Shown here: piece by piece, positions 8,250 to 17,577 of the stretch
Numbering within the stretch: position 1 is the stretch's first letter
How the letters are laid out: each line of letters opens with the position of its first letter
Virus genome (UHGV): UHGV-0146801
Length of the DNA: 39,348 nucleotides
Direction: 5' to 3' (one strand)
Source of the DNA: a virus
Translations under genes and position numbers: made by a program
The notes under the pieces: generated by a model
Databases searched by the model: none
What the model was told of the DNA's origin: nothing
Seen by the model: only the letters and a program-made list of their open reading frames with translations

Positions 8250-10660
8250 GTCATGACGATATGAGCAACTCTAGCGGCTTTAACGAGGCCGCTGCAGCAT
8301 TTTCATGGAACGGCCCGAAAAAGGCCATTAACCCTTATCTGGACCCGGCGGAAGTTGCTCCGGAGTCTGCACTTTTAAACCTGATCACTCTGTACGCTGC
8401 CGATAATGAGCAGGAACAGCTGCGCCGCGATGCACTGAGTGAGCAGGTCTGGGAGCGTTATTTCTTTAATGAATCTCGTGATCCTGTCCAGCGCGAAATG
8501 GAGCAGGATAAGCTCATTAGCCGGGCAAAGCTGGCGCATGAGCAGCAGCGTTTTAATCCAGATATGGTCATTCTGGCGGACGTCAATGCCCAGCCTTCCC
8601 ATATCAGCAAGCCGCTGATGCAACGTATTGAATACTTCAGCAGCCAGGGCAGGCCAAAGGCTTATTCCCGCTATTTGCGTGAGACGATTAAGCCATGTCT
8701 GGAACGACTGGAGCATGTACGCGACTGTCAGCTATCCACTTCTTTTCGCTTTATGGCAAGCCATGAAGGGCTGGACGGCCTGCTGATCCTGCCTGAAATG
8801 AGTCAGGATCAGGTGAAGCGTCTGTCTACCCTTGTCGCTGCGCATATGAGCATGTGCCTTGATGCAGCTTGTGGTGATTTGTATGCCACCGATGACGTTA
8901 AGCCAGAAGAAATCCGCAAGACGTGGGAAAAGGTGGCAGCGGAAACCCTGCGTCTGGATGTTATCCCGCCTGCGTTTGAGCAACTCCGTCGGAAAAGAAA
9001 CCGCCGTAAACCCGTGCCCTATGAACTCATTCCGGGTTCGCTGGCGCGTATGTTGTGCGCCGACTGGTGGTATCGGAAATTATGGAAGATGCGTTGCGAA
9101 TGGCGGGAAGAGCAGTTGCGCGCTGTCTGCCTGGTCAGCAAAAAAGCATCTCCCTATGTCAGCTATGAAGCCGTGATGCATAAACGTGAGCAGCGCCGTA
9201 AGTCGCTGGAGTTTTTTCGTTCTCATGAACTGGTGAACGAAGACGGCGACACGCTGGATATGGAAGACGTGGTAAACGCCAGCAGCAGCAACCCTGCGCA
9301 TCGCCGCAATGAGATGATGGCCTGTGTTAAAGGTCTGGAGCTTATCGCGGAAATGCGCGGAGACTGCGCCGTTTTCTACACTATCACCTGTCCGTCACGT
9401 TTCCATTCCACGCTCAACAACGGCAGACCCAACCCGACCTGGACAAATGCGACGGTAAGACAAAGCAGCGATTATATGGTCGGCATGTTTGCTGCATTTC
9501 GTAAGGCAATGCACAAAACCGGGTTGCGCTGGTATGGCGTGCGGGTGGCTGAGCCGCACCATGACGGTACTGTGCACTGGCATCTCATGTGCTTCATGCG
9601 TAAAAAAGACCGCCGCGCCATCACTGCATTACTGCGTAAGTTTGCCATCCGTGTAGACCGCGAGGAGCTGGGCAACAACACGGGGCCACGCTTTAAGTCT
9701 GAGCTGATTAACCCGCGCAAAGGAACACCGACAAGCTACATCGCGAAATACATCAGTAAGAACATTGACGGGCGTGGTCTGGCTGGCGAGATCAGCAAGG
9801 AAACGGGTAAATCCCTGCGTGATAACGCCGAATACGTTAATGCCTGGGCGTCTCTGCATCGTGTTCAGCAATTCCGCTTCTTTGGTATTCCGGGGCGTCA
9901 GGCTTACCGTGAACTGCGATTGCTGGCTGGTCAGGCGGCAAGGCAGCAGGGGGACAAAAAAGCAGGTGCGCCGGTACTGGATAACCCACGCCTTGATGCC
10001 ATTCTGGCTGCTGCTGATGCTGGTTGTTTTGCCACCTACATCATGAAGCAGGGCGGCGTACTGGTTCCCCGCAAATATCACCTCATCAGAACCGCTTATG
10101 AAATCAACGAAGAGCCGACCGCCTATGGCGATCACGGCATTCGTATTTATGGCATCTGGTCACCCATTGCAGAGGGCAAGATCTGTACTCATGCAGTGAA
10201 ATGGAAAATGGTTCGTAAGGCCGTTGACGTTCAGGAGGCGGCAGCCGACCAGGGCGCTTGCGCCCCTTGGACTCGTGGCAATAACTGTCCCCTTGCTGAA
10301 AATTTGAACCAACAAGGGAAAGACAAATCAGCTGATGGGGACTCCAGAACGGATATTACCCGTATGAATGACAAGGAGTTGCACGATTACCTGCATAGTA
10401 TGAGCAAAAAAGAGCGCCGGGAACTGGCTGCAAGGTTACGCCAGGTGAAACCGAAACGGCGTAAAGACTACAAACAGCGAATTACAGACCATCAGCGACA
10501 GCAGCTCGTCTATGAACTGAAGTCCAGGGGATTTGATGGCAGCGAGAAAGAAGTCGATTTGCTCCTTCGCGGCGGCAGTATTCCGTCAGGAGCAGGCCTG
10601 CGTATCTTCTATCGGAACCAGCGTCTGAAGGAAGATGATAAGTGGCGGAACCTGTATTAA
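8246..10660 (+). CDS. A: Replication initiation endonuclease, P2 gpA-like
   Basis: 804 aa; HxH-type motif VHWHLMCF and tyrosine-rich [14 protein letters not shown] typical of rolling-circle initiators; position as in P2/186. Confidence 0.85.
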   Translation: MSHDDMSNSSGFNEAAAAFSWNGPKKAINPYLDPAEVAPESALLNLITLYAADNEQEQLRRDALSEQVWERYFFNESRDPVQREMEQDKLISRAKLAHEQQRFNPDMVILADVNAQPSHISKPLMQRIEYFSSQGRPKAYSRYLRETIKPCLERLEHVRDCQLSTSFRFMASHEGLDGLLILPEMSQDQVKRLSTLVAAHMSMCLDAACGDLYATDDVKPEEIRKTWEKVAAETLRLDVIPPAFEQLRRKRNRRKPVPYELIPGSLARMLCADWWYRKLWKMRCEWREEQLRAVCLVSKKASPYVSYEAVMHKREQRRKSLEFFRSHELVNEDGDTLDMEDVVNASSSNPAHRRNEMMACVKGLELIAEMRGDCAVFYTITCPSRFHSTLNNGRPNPTWTNATVRQSSDYMVGMFAAFRKAMHKTGLRWYGVRVAEPHHDGTVHWHLMCFMRKKDRRAITALLRKFAIRVDREELGNNTGPRFKSELINPRKGTPTSYIAKYISKNIDGRGLAGEISKETGKSLRDNAEYVNAWASLHRVQQFRFFGIPGRQAYRELRLLAGQAARQQGDKKAGAPVLDNPRLDAILAAADAGCFATYIMKQGGVLVPRKYHLIRTAYEINEEPTAYGDHGIRIYGIWSPIAEGKICTHAVKWKMVRKAVDVQEAAADQGACAPWTRGNNCPLAENLNQQGKDKSADGDSRTDITRMNDKELHDYLHSMSKKERRELAARLRQVKPKRRKDYKQRITDHQRQQLVYELKSRGFDGSEKEVDLLLRGGSIPSGAGLRIFYRNQRLKEDDKWRNLY

Positions 10661-10754
10661 TTACGCGGGTTAACAATTCGTGCTCTTAATAATACCAGGC
10701 ATATCAGGCCGATGAACGTAAAAAAACGTTTTACATCAGTAAGATTATTATATA

Positions 10755-10770
10755 CTGTAAATATAAACAG
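10755..10770. promoter_or_regulatory. LexA box (SOS box) CTGTAAATATAAACAG
   Basis: Perfect CTGT-N8-ACAG with AT-rich core, about 45 bp upstream of the ORF starting at 10813. Confidence 0.7.
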
Positions 10771-10812
10771 TGGTTATGTGTACAGTATTGTTTTGGTGTC
10801 ATAGGAGGAAAG

Positions 10813-11001
10813 ATGCAGGACTATTTTTTGGAGTCTTTGAAGCTCCAGCGCATTGATTTTTTTCTTAAGCTTGTAGCGGCTAGTGAGTGTAGTGATGAAG
10901 AGAAGGGGCTGGCTCTGCAGTGGGTTTCTGAATTGACTGATGAACTCATGGCAAAAATCAGAAGCCACGAATACAACCGCTCAATGGATGTCATCAGCTG
11001 A
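10813..11001 (+). CDS. Small SOS-regulated protein, function unknown
   Basis: 62 aa ORF with AGGAGG RBS directly downstream of the LexA box. Confidence 0.5.
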   Translation: MQDYFLESLKLQRIDFFLKLVAASECSDEEKGLALQWVSELTDELMAKIRSHEYNRSMDVIS

Positions 11002-11011
11002 GGTGACTTTT

Positions 11012-11245
11012 ATGCGCATTGAAATAATGATCGATAAAGAGCAGAAGATTAGCCAGTCTACCCTGGACGCCCTTGAATCCGAGCTTTACCGCAATCTGCG
11101 CCCCCTGTATCCCAAAACGGTAATTCGCATTCGCAAAGGTAGCTCTAACGGTGTGGAACTAACCGGACTGCAACTGGATGAAGAAAGAAAACAAGTGATG
11201 AAAATTATGCAGAAGGTGTGGGAGGACGACAGCTGGCTGCATTAA
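11012..11245 (+). CDS. DinI-family protein (Tum-like antirepressor candidate)
   Basis: 77 aa, MRIEIMIDKEQKISQSTLDALESELYRNL resembles DinI/MsgA; position and LexA control parallel the phage 186 tum module. Confidence 0.7.
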   Translation: MRIEIMIDKEQKISQSTLDALESELYRNLRPLYPKTVIRIRKGSSNGVELTGLQLDEERKQVMKIMQKVWEDDSWLH

Positions 11246-11437
11246 GAAATGTTGCCCCCAGGAGGATTCATTCTGATGGGGGCTAGTTTGGGCAATGAGT
11301 GAAATAAGGCGTAAGGTGGGCGGTTATTTTGATCAGTGATCGTCCGCTTTGTGTCAGAAGCAGAAGTGGGAGTGTCTGAGACTCTCTAAAAGTTGATGAT
11401 TCACTTACAAAACCATTTTCCTGATGGATGCTTACAC

Positions 11438-11773
11438 TTACGAATGATCATTCTGTTTAGTCTTCATGAGAAAATCCCGAATCTTTGCCAAGTTTGAATT
11501 TTCGGGGATTGAATCCATGTACGGATCACGCTCAAACACTAATTGCTCAGATTCAACGAAAGCCTGCCACTCTACTGGGTCTAGCTCAAATCCCATTGCT
11601 GTCATATCACTTTCATCTTCCCCCTCGATCCAGTGGACTAAATAAAACAATTCATCATCAGGAGAATCATCCTCACCATCAACAATATCAACATCGGTTA
11701 CAGTGATACGTAGGGTGGGATCGATTTTTGAGACATAAATTCCTAACTGTGGTATAGGGGGAATATTGTTCAT
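11438..11773 (-). CDS. Small, highly acidic protein (candidate DNA mimic or anti-defence)
   Basis: 111 aa with about 25% Asp+Glu and few basic residues; runs of DGEDDSPDDE and EGEDESD. Confidence 0.6.
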   Translation of the reverse strand: MNNIPPIPQLGIYVSKIDPTLRITVTDVDIVDGEDDSPDDELFYLVHWIEGEDESDMTAMGFELDPVEWQAFVESEQLVFERDPYMDSIPENSNLAKIRDFLMKTKQNDHS

Positions 11774-12291
11774 GGAAACTCCTTTTATTGGTGTTTGCTA
11801 TTTGAATAAAAATACGCCAAACAGAGTGTTAACTGTGAATATGGAAAGAATCGTTGTAAGTACCCCGCTTAGGTGTCCCATTCTATTTTAGAGGTTCTCG
11901 TGCATATGGATTATGTTATCTGAAAGTTAACTTCCGCTTCCCGTTCACAGCGAACATTCATCTTTGTAAACCCGTATGATCCGTTTTTCAAGTGGCCATT
12001 CAGATACGGATTTTTACTTCTTTGACAGTGCATGACTATGCTGCATGAAATCGCATGATCGATTGAGGATCGTCTTTGCTCAGATCCGCCAGAACTGGCG
12101 GGCTTTTGCTCATGTCATGCATGTGCATGAAAACCACTGCATAAAGCGGGCAGGCGTGGCGGGGATACGAGCGCGCGCGGATACATAATTAATAATATAA
12201 CATAAAATGTTAAGTTGCTTTTGCGTTAGCACTGGATTACATTACCGAAATAGTCAAAAATGCGTTTTTTACGCAAAAATGAGGACTTCAG

Positions 12292-13521
12292 ATGCTAGTT
12301 GCATTCAGTTTAGAAAATTACAAGAGCTTTCGCGAAAGACAGGTTCTTAGTTTTGCTTCCTCAATTGGGGATGAGCATCCTGAACATATCGTGACATTAG
12401 CGAATGGTTTAAGAGTAAACAGATTTGCCGCATTAATAGGCGGAAATGGTGTTGGTAAAACACAATTAATAAATGCTATTACTGAATTTGCAAATTCAAT
12501 TCATAGTGACACATTACACAAATTGCATATGCCTTTCCTTCTAAATAAGGAATGTCGTAACAAACCTACTTCCTATGAAGCGATACTGATTGATGAAGAG
12601 CAAAAAAACTTCGTCCGTTATGGTGTGTCAGTTTTAAATGAAGTTATTGTAGATGAGTATTTATACATTAGACCGATAAGAAAAAATGCAAGGGAACAAT
12701 GTATTTTTATTCGCAATGAAAATGGGTTGGTTTTCAAAAAGCCCGACTTAAAAAAATACGAGTCGTTGATTAATCCTGTCTTAAGAGAAAGTGGAGCTGT
12801 TGTAACTTTTGCAAAATCTTTAGAAATTGATGCTCTTGTTGAAACCCAACGCTGGGCATTAAAACAATTGCCTTATTACTCTGAAAAATTCAAAAATCCA
12901 AGTCTTAAATTTGTTGAAGGACAACTTAAGCGCCAGTTATCAGGTGAGGAAGGAAATGAAAAATTAAATGAGAGTGGTCAAAGAATTTTAAATACCTATA
13001 ATGAAATGGTTATTCAGTCGCCGCTGCATATAGATAAAGTTGAATTTGTAAGATTTGGCGAAGATAATGAGTATAAATTTGTTTATCTCATAAAAAATGA
13101 TGATGGTGATTTTACTAGAATAGGCCCTGACCGTAGGGATGAATTTTTTTCCCAAGGCACACTAAATGTTTTAACATTTTTAGCAATATTGATTTGGGCT
13201 AGTGAATATGATTTTACACTTTATGTGGATGAAATAGATTCATCTATTCACTATTCTTTGGCAAGTGCACTAATCAAAAAAATATTTGATAAAACCTGCC
13301 GTAAAAATGGTGTGCAGTTTATTATGTCTACACATAATATTCCTTTATTAGATGATGTGTTTAGAAGAGATGAGCTTAATATTATAGTCAAGGATTCATC
13401 TAAAGCGTCGATAATAACTAATGCTACGGTATTTTCTGTAAGGAAAGATGCTAAAGTGTCTGCCAAATATTTACGTGGCGAATTTGGATTAGTTCCAGCT
13501 TTTCTTGATATAAAAAACTAA
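12292..13521 (+). CDS. ABC/OLD-type P-loop ATPase (AAA_15/21-like)
   Basis: 409 aa; Walker A GGNGVGKT, signature-like FSQGT, Walker B/D-loop LYVDEIDSSIH, H-loop MSTHN; AT-rich. Confidence 0.8.
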   Translation: MLVAFSLENYKSFRERQVLSFASSIGDEHPEHIVTLANGLRVNRFAALIGGNGVGKTQLINAITEFANSIHSDTLHKLHMPFLLNKECRNKPTSYEAILIDEEQKNFVRYGVSVLNEVIVDEYLYIRPIRKNAREQCIFIRNENGLVFKKPDLKKYESLINPVLRESGAVVTFAKSLEIDALVETQRWALKQLPYYSEKFKNPSLKFVEGQLKRQLSGEEGNEKLNESGQRILNTYNEMVIQSPLHIDKVEFVRFGEDNEYKFVYLIKNDDGDFTRIGPDRRDEFFSQGTLNVLTFLAILIWASEYDFTLYVDEIDSSIHYSLASALIKKIFDKTCRKNGVQFIMSTHNIPLLDDVFRRDELNIIVKDSSKASIITNATVFSVRKDAKVSAKYLRGEFGLVPAFLDIKN

Positions 13522-13534
13522 GCGTGAGAAAAAC

Positions 13535-14614
13535 ATGACTAGCTTTGCTTATGATGGTGATATTTTGACACCTAATAATTTAGAAATTACATCCTTCGCC
13601 ACATTGAAATCAAAAATAAGAGAGCGAAGAGTATGTGTTTTTCTCGGAGCAGGATTTTCTAAAGCCTGGGATGACAAATACCCATTGAGTAATGAAGTCT
13701 TTTCCATCTCTGAAGACGAAGCATTAGAAAATATTGATGAGTATGGTTTTTTTTCTTTGTTCGACAGTCTTAAATTTAAATGGGCGGATGCTAATGCAGG
13801 TTTAGATGACAAAGCTAATGTTTTCAAGAGTTTTAAATATGCATTGGATGTTTATAAGCGATATCCAAGTTTATTGCCGTCGTATCTTGATAGGCATACG
13901 CTTGAGTTGTTTGAGGCACAAGTAAAACTATATGTAAAAAATAAGTTTGCAAAAAAAATACCGGCAAATGATTTAAAGCTAAGTCAAACTGCAAAATTTG
14001 GGCAGAATAAAAGGAATATTATTTCTTTCTTTAAGAGTTTACAGGAAGCTTCAGCACTGGATGTAGTCACAACAAACTACGATATAGTTATTGATAAAGT
14101 GCTACATCATGCATTCCCTGAACGTTCAGTTAATCGGGGTTTTCCTGTGCATCATAATAATATATTAGTGTGTCCTCAGCCTAAAGGTATAGGTTTGTAT
14201 AAGCTTAATGGAGGATTTGAGGTTGTTGCTGCAAGGGATGGTTTTAAAATAGATTATGATTCATTATTAAACGCAAAAGTTGTTCCAAATATTATCTTGC
14301 CTTCAAATGAACAAGACTATGGGGATAAATACTTTAAGTCAGCTTTTGTGAAATCCTCTACCCAGTTGAGACAAGCAGATCTGTTGATCTTTATAGGTTA
14401 TTCTTTCCCAAAGGAAGACTTTATTATTAATTTTCTTTTGAAGACTTTTCTGGATGGCGATAGTACTGAAAAAGAGACTGTTATTATTGGGCGAAATAAA
14501 TCTAGTGCTATTGAGATACACCAGCGTGCGTGTGAAGTTTTTAAAGAACTAAATGATAAATCTGCACTGTATTATTTCGGTGGTAGTTTTTCTGATTTAT
14601 GTAAACAATGTTAG
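13535..14614 (+). CDS. SIR2-like (DHS-like NAD-binding fold) protein, candidate NADase effector
   Basis: 359 aa; Rossmann motif VCVFLGAGFS, TTNYD motif (VVTTNYDIVID), C-terminal LLIFIGYSFPKED; 13 bp downstream of the ATPase. Confidence 0.75.
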   Translation: MTSFAYDGDILTPNNLEITSFATLKSKIRERRVCVFLGAGFSKAWDDKYPLSNEVFSISEDEALENIDEYGFFSLFDSLKFKWADANAGLDDKANVFKSFKYALDVYKRYPSLLPSYLDRHTLELFEAQVKLYVKNKFAKKIPANDLKLSQTAKFGQNKRNIISFFKSLQEASALDVVTTNYDIVIDKVLHHAFPERSVNRGFPVHHNNILVCPQPKGIGLYKLNGGFEVVAARDGFKIDYDSLLNAKVVPNIILPSNEQDYGDKYFKSAFVKSSTQLRQADLLIFIGYSFPKEDFIINFLLKTFLDGDSTEKETVIIGRNKSSAIEIHQRACEVFKELNDKSALYYFGGSFSDLCKQC

Positions 14615-14619
14615 TATAC

Positions 14620-14645
14620 TAGGCCTGATTACAGGCCTATTTTCT
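14620..14645. terminator. Hairpin TAGGCCTG-atta-CAGGCCTA followed by TTTTCT between convergent SIR2-like and Q genes
   Basis: Perfect 8-bp stem with 4-nt loop and T-run on the + strand. Confidence 0.55.
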
Positions 14646-15672
14646 ATAATTTATATTTTTCGAAGTTTATGATGTCGTCACCAATAAATCCGTTGAATCC
14701 TTGTATAATTCTTTGAAGCGGAATTAACTCATTACGTACAAATACATTTGCGGCCTTCTCCACATCCCCAAATCCCCCGACATTATTCGGCATAATCCCC
14801 ATCATCTGAGGCGGCACGCGGTGCGCAGCCATCATGTCATCACGGCTCACGTTCTTGATATTCAGAAATTCATCCTTCGCCGCGACTTCTGACAACGGGA
14901 TAATCTGAAGTCCGTCCTTTTTGCCGTTCGGCGAGTACATAAACAGGTTGCGGAAGTTGCCCGGACCTTTGGCGCTTTTCATCGCGTTGCGGAGGTTGTT
15001 CACATCTTCCTGGTTCTGCGCGGCGTCGGTCATGTACATGATGAAGCCAGCATGACTGCCGTTAATGTAATACTTGCGGCGGAACAGCGTGGCGGACTCG
15101 TTGAGCAGGGCTGACGGAATGGCAGAAAGATAACCGGGCAGGCCGTAGATCTCTTGGTTGATGTCCGGTTCCATCAGATGAAAAATGCTGCCTTTCGTGA
15201 ACTGATACGGCTGGGTTGTCATACCGTATTGCACAAACCAGTAGGTATCTAGGTCTAACCCGCGTCGGGTGTATTTCGCCAGGGCAGGTTCAAGGGCGAT
15301 CACTTCACCGAAGCGGTTCGTGCGTTTCTCCAGGTAGGCGTTACCAAATACCAGATAGTCCTGCACAAAACGCGAAAAAGCCTGCTGGCTGAGCAGCGGG
15401 TGAGGGATGTAGGTGCTGGTCAGAATGTTGCACTTTACTGCAATCGGGGAACTATGATGCACGGCAGCGCGGAAGGTGCGCGCCAGTCCGTCAAAGCTGA
15501 CGGGCGGCTCATACCAGCGGTCCATCTGTACGCATTCCACATAATCCAGCAGTTCTCGGCGGTCCAGAACAGGAACGGGATCGCCGAAGCTGAATGCTTC
15601 GGCTGTAGTTTGACTTTTAAGCTGGATCTGTTTCGTCGCCGCAGCGCGGTTCTTCTTACTCTTTCCCATCAA
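14644..15672 (-). CDS. Q: Portal protein, P2 gpQ-like
   Basis: 342 aa; position and size match P2 Q; divergent from O across a late promoter region. Confidence 0.9.
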   Translation of the reverse strand: MMGKSKKNRAAATKQIQLKSQTTAEAFSFGDPVPVLDRRELLDYVECVQMDRWYEPPVSFDGLARTFRAAVHHSSPIAVKCNILTSTYIPHPLLSQQAFSRFVQDYLVFGNAYLEKRTNRFGEVIALEPALAKYTRRGLDLDTYWFVQYGMTTQPYQFTKGSIFHLMEPDINQEIYGLPGYLSAIPSALLNESATLFRRKYYINGSHAGFIMYMTDAAQNQEDVNNLRNAMKSAKGPGNFRNLFMYSPNGKKDGLQIIPLSEVAAKDEFLNIKNVSRDDMMAAHRVPPQMMGIMPNNVGGFGDVEKAANVFVRNELIPLQRIIQGFNGFIGDDIINFEKYKL

Positions 15673-17435
15673 AAAATCTCCACAATATTGCTTGTATTGG
15701 CGGATTCGCCCTGCAGCGGTTCGTTAAACAGTGCGTGCATCGTTGCCCAGGCCAGATCGGCGTGGCTGGCTTCTTCGCTGCGGCTGGCTTCATAGGTCGG
15801 GCGGTTGCCACTGGCGGTGGTGGCGCGACGGATTGCCATAAAGGACTGCGCTATGTCGGTGTGTCCGGCGTCAAACTCCAGACGGCGGTGGCTGATAATG
15901 TCGTAGGCCTTGAGTACCAGGGCGTTTTTAACGTTGGGGTTGTAGACAAACTCCCGGACGGCAGGAAAAAACGCTTTCACGTTCTCGTAAACCCCGTGAC
16001 CAACGCCGGTTGAGTCGATACCGATATAGGTCACGTTGTACTGTTCGGTCAGTTTTTTGATGGCGTCAGCCTGGGCGCGGAAGTCCATTCCGCGCCACTG
16101 GTGACGCTCAAGAATGCGGAACTTACCGCCCGGCACGGCTGGCGGCGCCACCACCACGCATCCGGCGCTGTCGCCGTTCTGCGTACCTTTCGCCGGGTCA
16201 TATCCGATCCACACTTCGCGCCAGCCAAACGGGCGCAGGGCCAGTGCATGAAAGTCGGTCCAGACTTCCCAGCTGTCCACCATGCACGCCTGCAGCTCGC
16301 TGAGCGGGAACACGGACGCGAGATCGTCCACGAACTCACACATCAGCAGGTTCTGGTATTCGTCCGGGCTGTATTCCATGCGCAACTGGTCGAGGTCGAA
16401 CAGGTTACAGCCGCCGCGCACCGCATCTTCCACAGTGACTATCTGGCGGTACTGCCCGTCTGCGCACAGCAGGCCGGGGGCCAGATTGCTGTGGGACAGG
16501 TCGATGTCCACCTTATCGGCTTTGTTGCGCCCTCGGTTGAACAGCGCACCGGACCAGAACGGATAAGCACTGTGTGTCAGGCTGGATGGCGTGGAAAAAT
16601 AGGTCTGTCGCCATTTTTTGTGAATAGCCATACCGGAAGCCACTTTGCGCAGCTCCTGGAATTTCGGTATCCAGAAATATTCATCCAGATACAGGTTGCC
16701 GTGGTAACTCTGGGCCGTGCGGGCATTGGTGCCGAGGAAGTAAAGCGTGGCCCCGTTAGGAAGCACCATCGGATCACCTTTCAGCTCCACCTCGACTTCT
16801 TTGGCGAAATCGATGATGTACTGCTTAAAGACGTGAGCCTGTGCCTTACTGGCAGAAAGGAAAATCTGGTTACGTCCGGTAAGCAGGGCGTCAATCAGGG
16901 CCTCACGGGCAAAATAGAAGGTCGCGCCGATCTGGCGTGACTTTAGCAGGTTGCGGATGCGGTTGGTTTTTCCGGCTTCCCACCAGTGGCGCTGGTAGTT
17001 GAACATGGAGGAATGGAAAATTTCTTCCAGCTTCTCAATTTGTTCATCGGTGAAAACATTCTTTTCAGGCTGACGGCGTGGGCCTTTGTTGCGGTTGGCG
17101 ACGTTAGGGTTTAAGTCGGCTTCGTTGCCGCCATTGTTAAACTTGCCGATCCGCGCGTGGCGCTCAGACTGGCGCGCCAGCAGGTCAATCTCTTTGAAAT
17201 CTTTCCCTTCTTTGTGCTCCTTCATGATGAGCTGGCAGTAGCGTGCGGCGGTGGTGAGCTGCATCTGATCCAGCGGCCCATAGTCACCCCACTTGTCGCG
17301 TTTTTTCCAGCTGTGAACGGTTGCAACTTTCTCGCCCAGCATTTCAGCAATGCGGGCTACGCGGTATCCCTGAAAGTACAGCAGCATGGCCTGCCGACGG
17401 GGATCGAGATCTGCGGGTGTCAGTGTGGTGTTCAT
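15669..17435 (-). CDS. P: Terminase large subunit (ATPase), P2 gpP-like
   Basis: 588 aa; overlaps Q by 4 bp; size and order as in P2. Confidence 0.9.
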   Translation of the reverse strand: MNTTLTPADLDPRRQAMLLYFQGYRVARIAEMLGEKVATVHSWKKRDKWGDYGPLDQMQLTTAARYCQLIMKEHKEGKDFKEIDLLARQSERHARIGKFNNGGNEADLNPNVANRNKGPRRQPEKNVFTDEQIEKLEEIFHSSMFNYQRHWWEAGKTNRIRNLLKSRQIGATFYFAREALIDALLTGRNQIFLSASKAQAHVFKQYIIDFAKEVEVELKGDPMVLPNGATLYFLGTNARTAQSYHGNLYLDEYFWIPKFQELRKVASGMAIHKKWRQTYFSTPSSLTHSAYPFWSGALFNRGRNKADKVDIDLSHSNLAPGLLCADGQYRQIVTVEDAVRGGCNLFDLDQLRMEYSPDEYQNLLMCEFVDDLASVFPLSELQACMVDSWEVWTDFHALALRPFGWREVWIGYDPAKGTQNGDSAGCVVVAPPAVPGGKFRILERHQWRGMDFRAQADAIKKLTEQYNVTYIGIDSTGVGHGVYENVKAFFPAVREFVYNPNVKNALVLKAYDIISHRRLEFDAGHTDIAQSFMAIRRATTASGNRPTYEASRSEEASHADLAWATMHALFNEPLQGESANTSNIVEIF

Positions 17436-17481
17436 GGCACAAACCTACAGCCTTGAATGAAGGCTTTCCCCGCCTGCGGTT

Positions 17482-17499
17482 TGTGTGGTTGTCGGTACA
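17482..17499. promoter_or_regulatory. Late-promoter activator dyad TGT-N12-ACA (Ogr-type) in the P/O divergent region
   Basis: TGTgtggttgtcggtACA read between P start and O start. Confidence 0.5.
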
Positions 17500-17577
17500 A
17501 ATACCGCGCATTGTTTCACTGCTCCCATCACCGCAACCATAAGGCTCCAGTAAGTTTTTTCTAACGGAGCACGGCTC

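Noticed and set aside
12292-14614. Assignment of the ATPase-SIR2 pair to PARIS, Septu, Gabija, Lamassu or Thoeris
   Set aside because: The partner is SIR2-like rather than TOPRIM/DUF4435, HNH or a UvrD helicase; the ATPase is far shorter than an SMC-like LmuB; there is no TIR-domain ThsB. Left as unclassified.
16101-16940. 279-aa ORF on the + strand inside the terminase large subunit gene
   Set aside because: Lies entirely antisense to the well-supported gpP gene; Arg/His-rich composition typical of a spurious reverse-frame ORF in GC-rich coding DNA.
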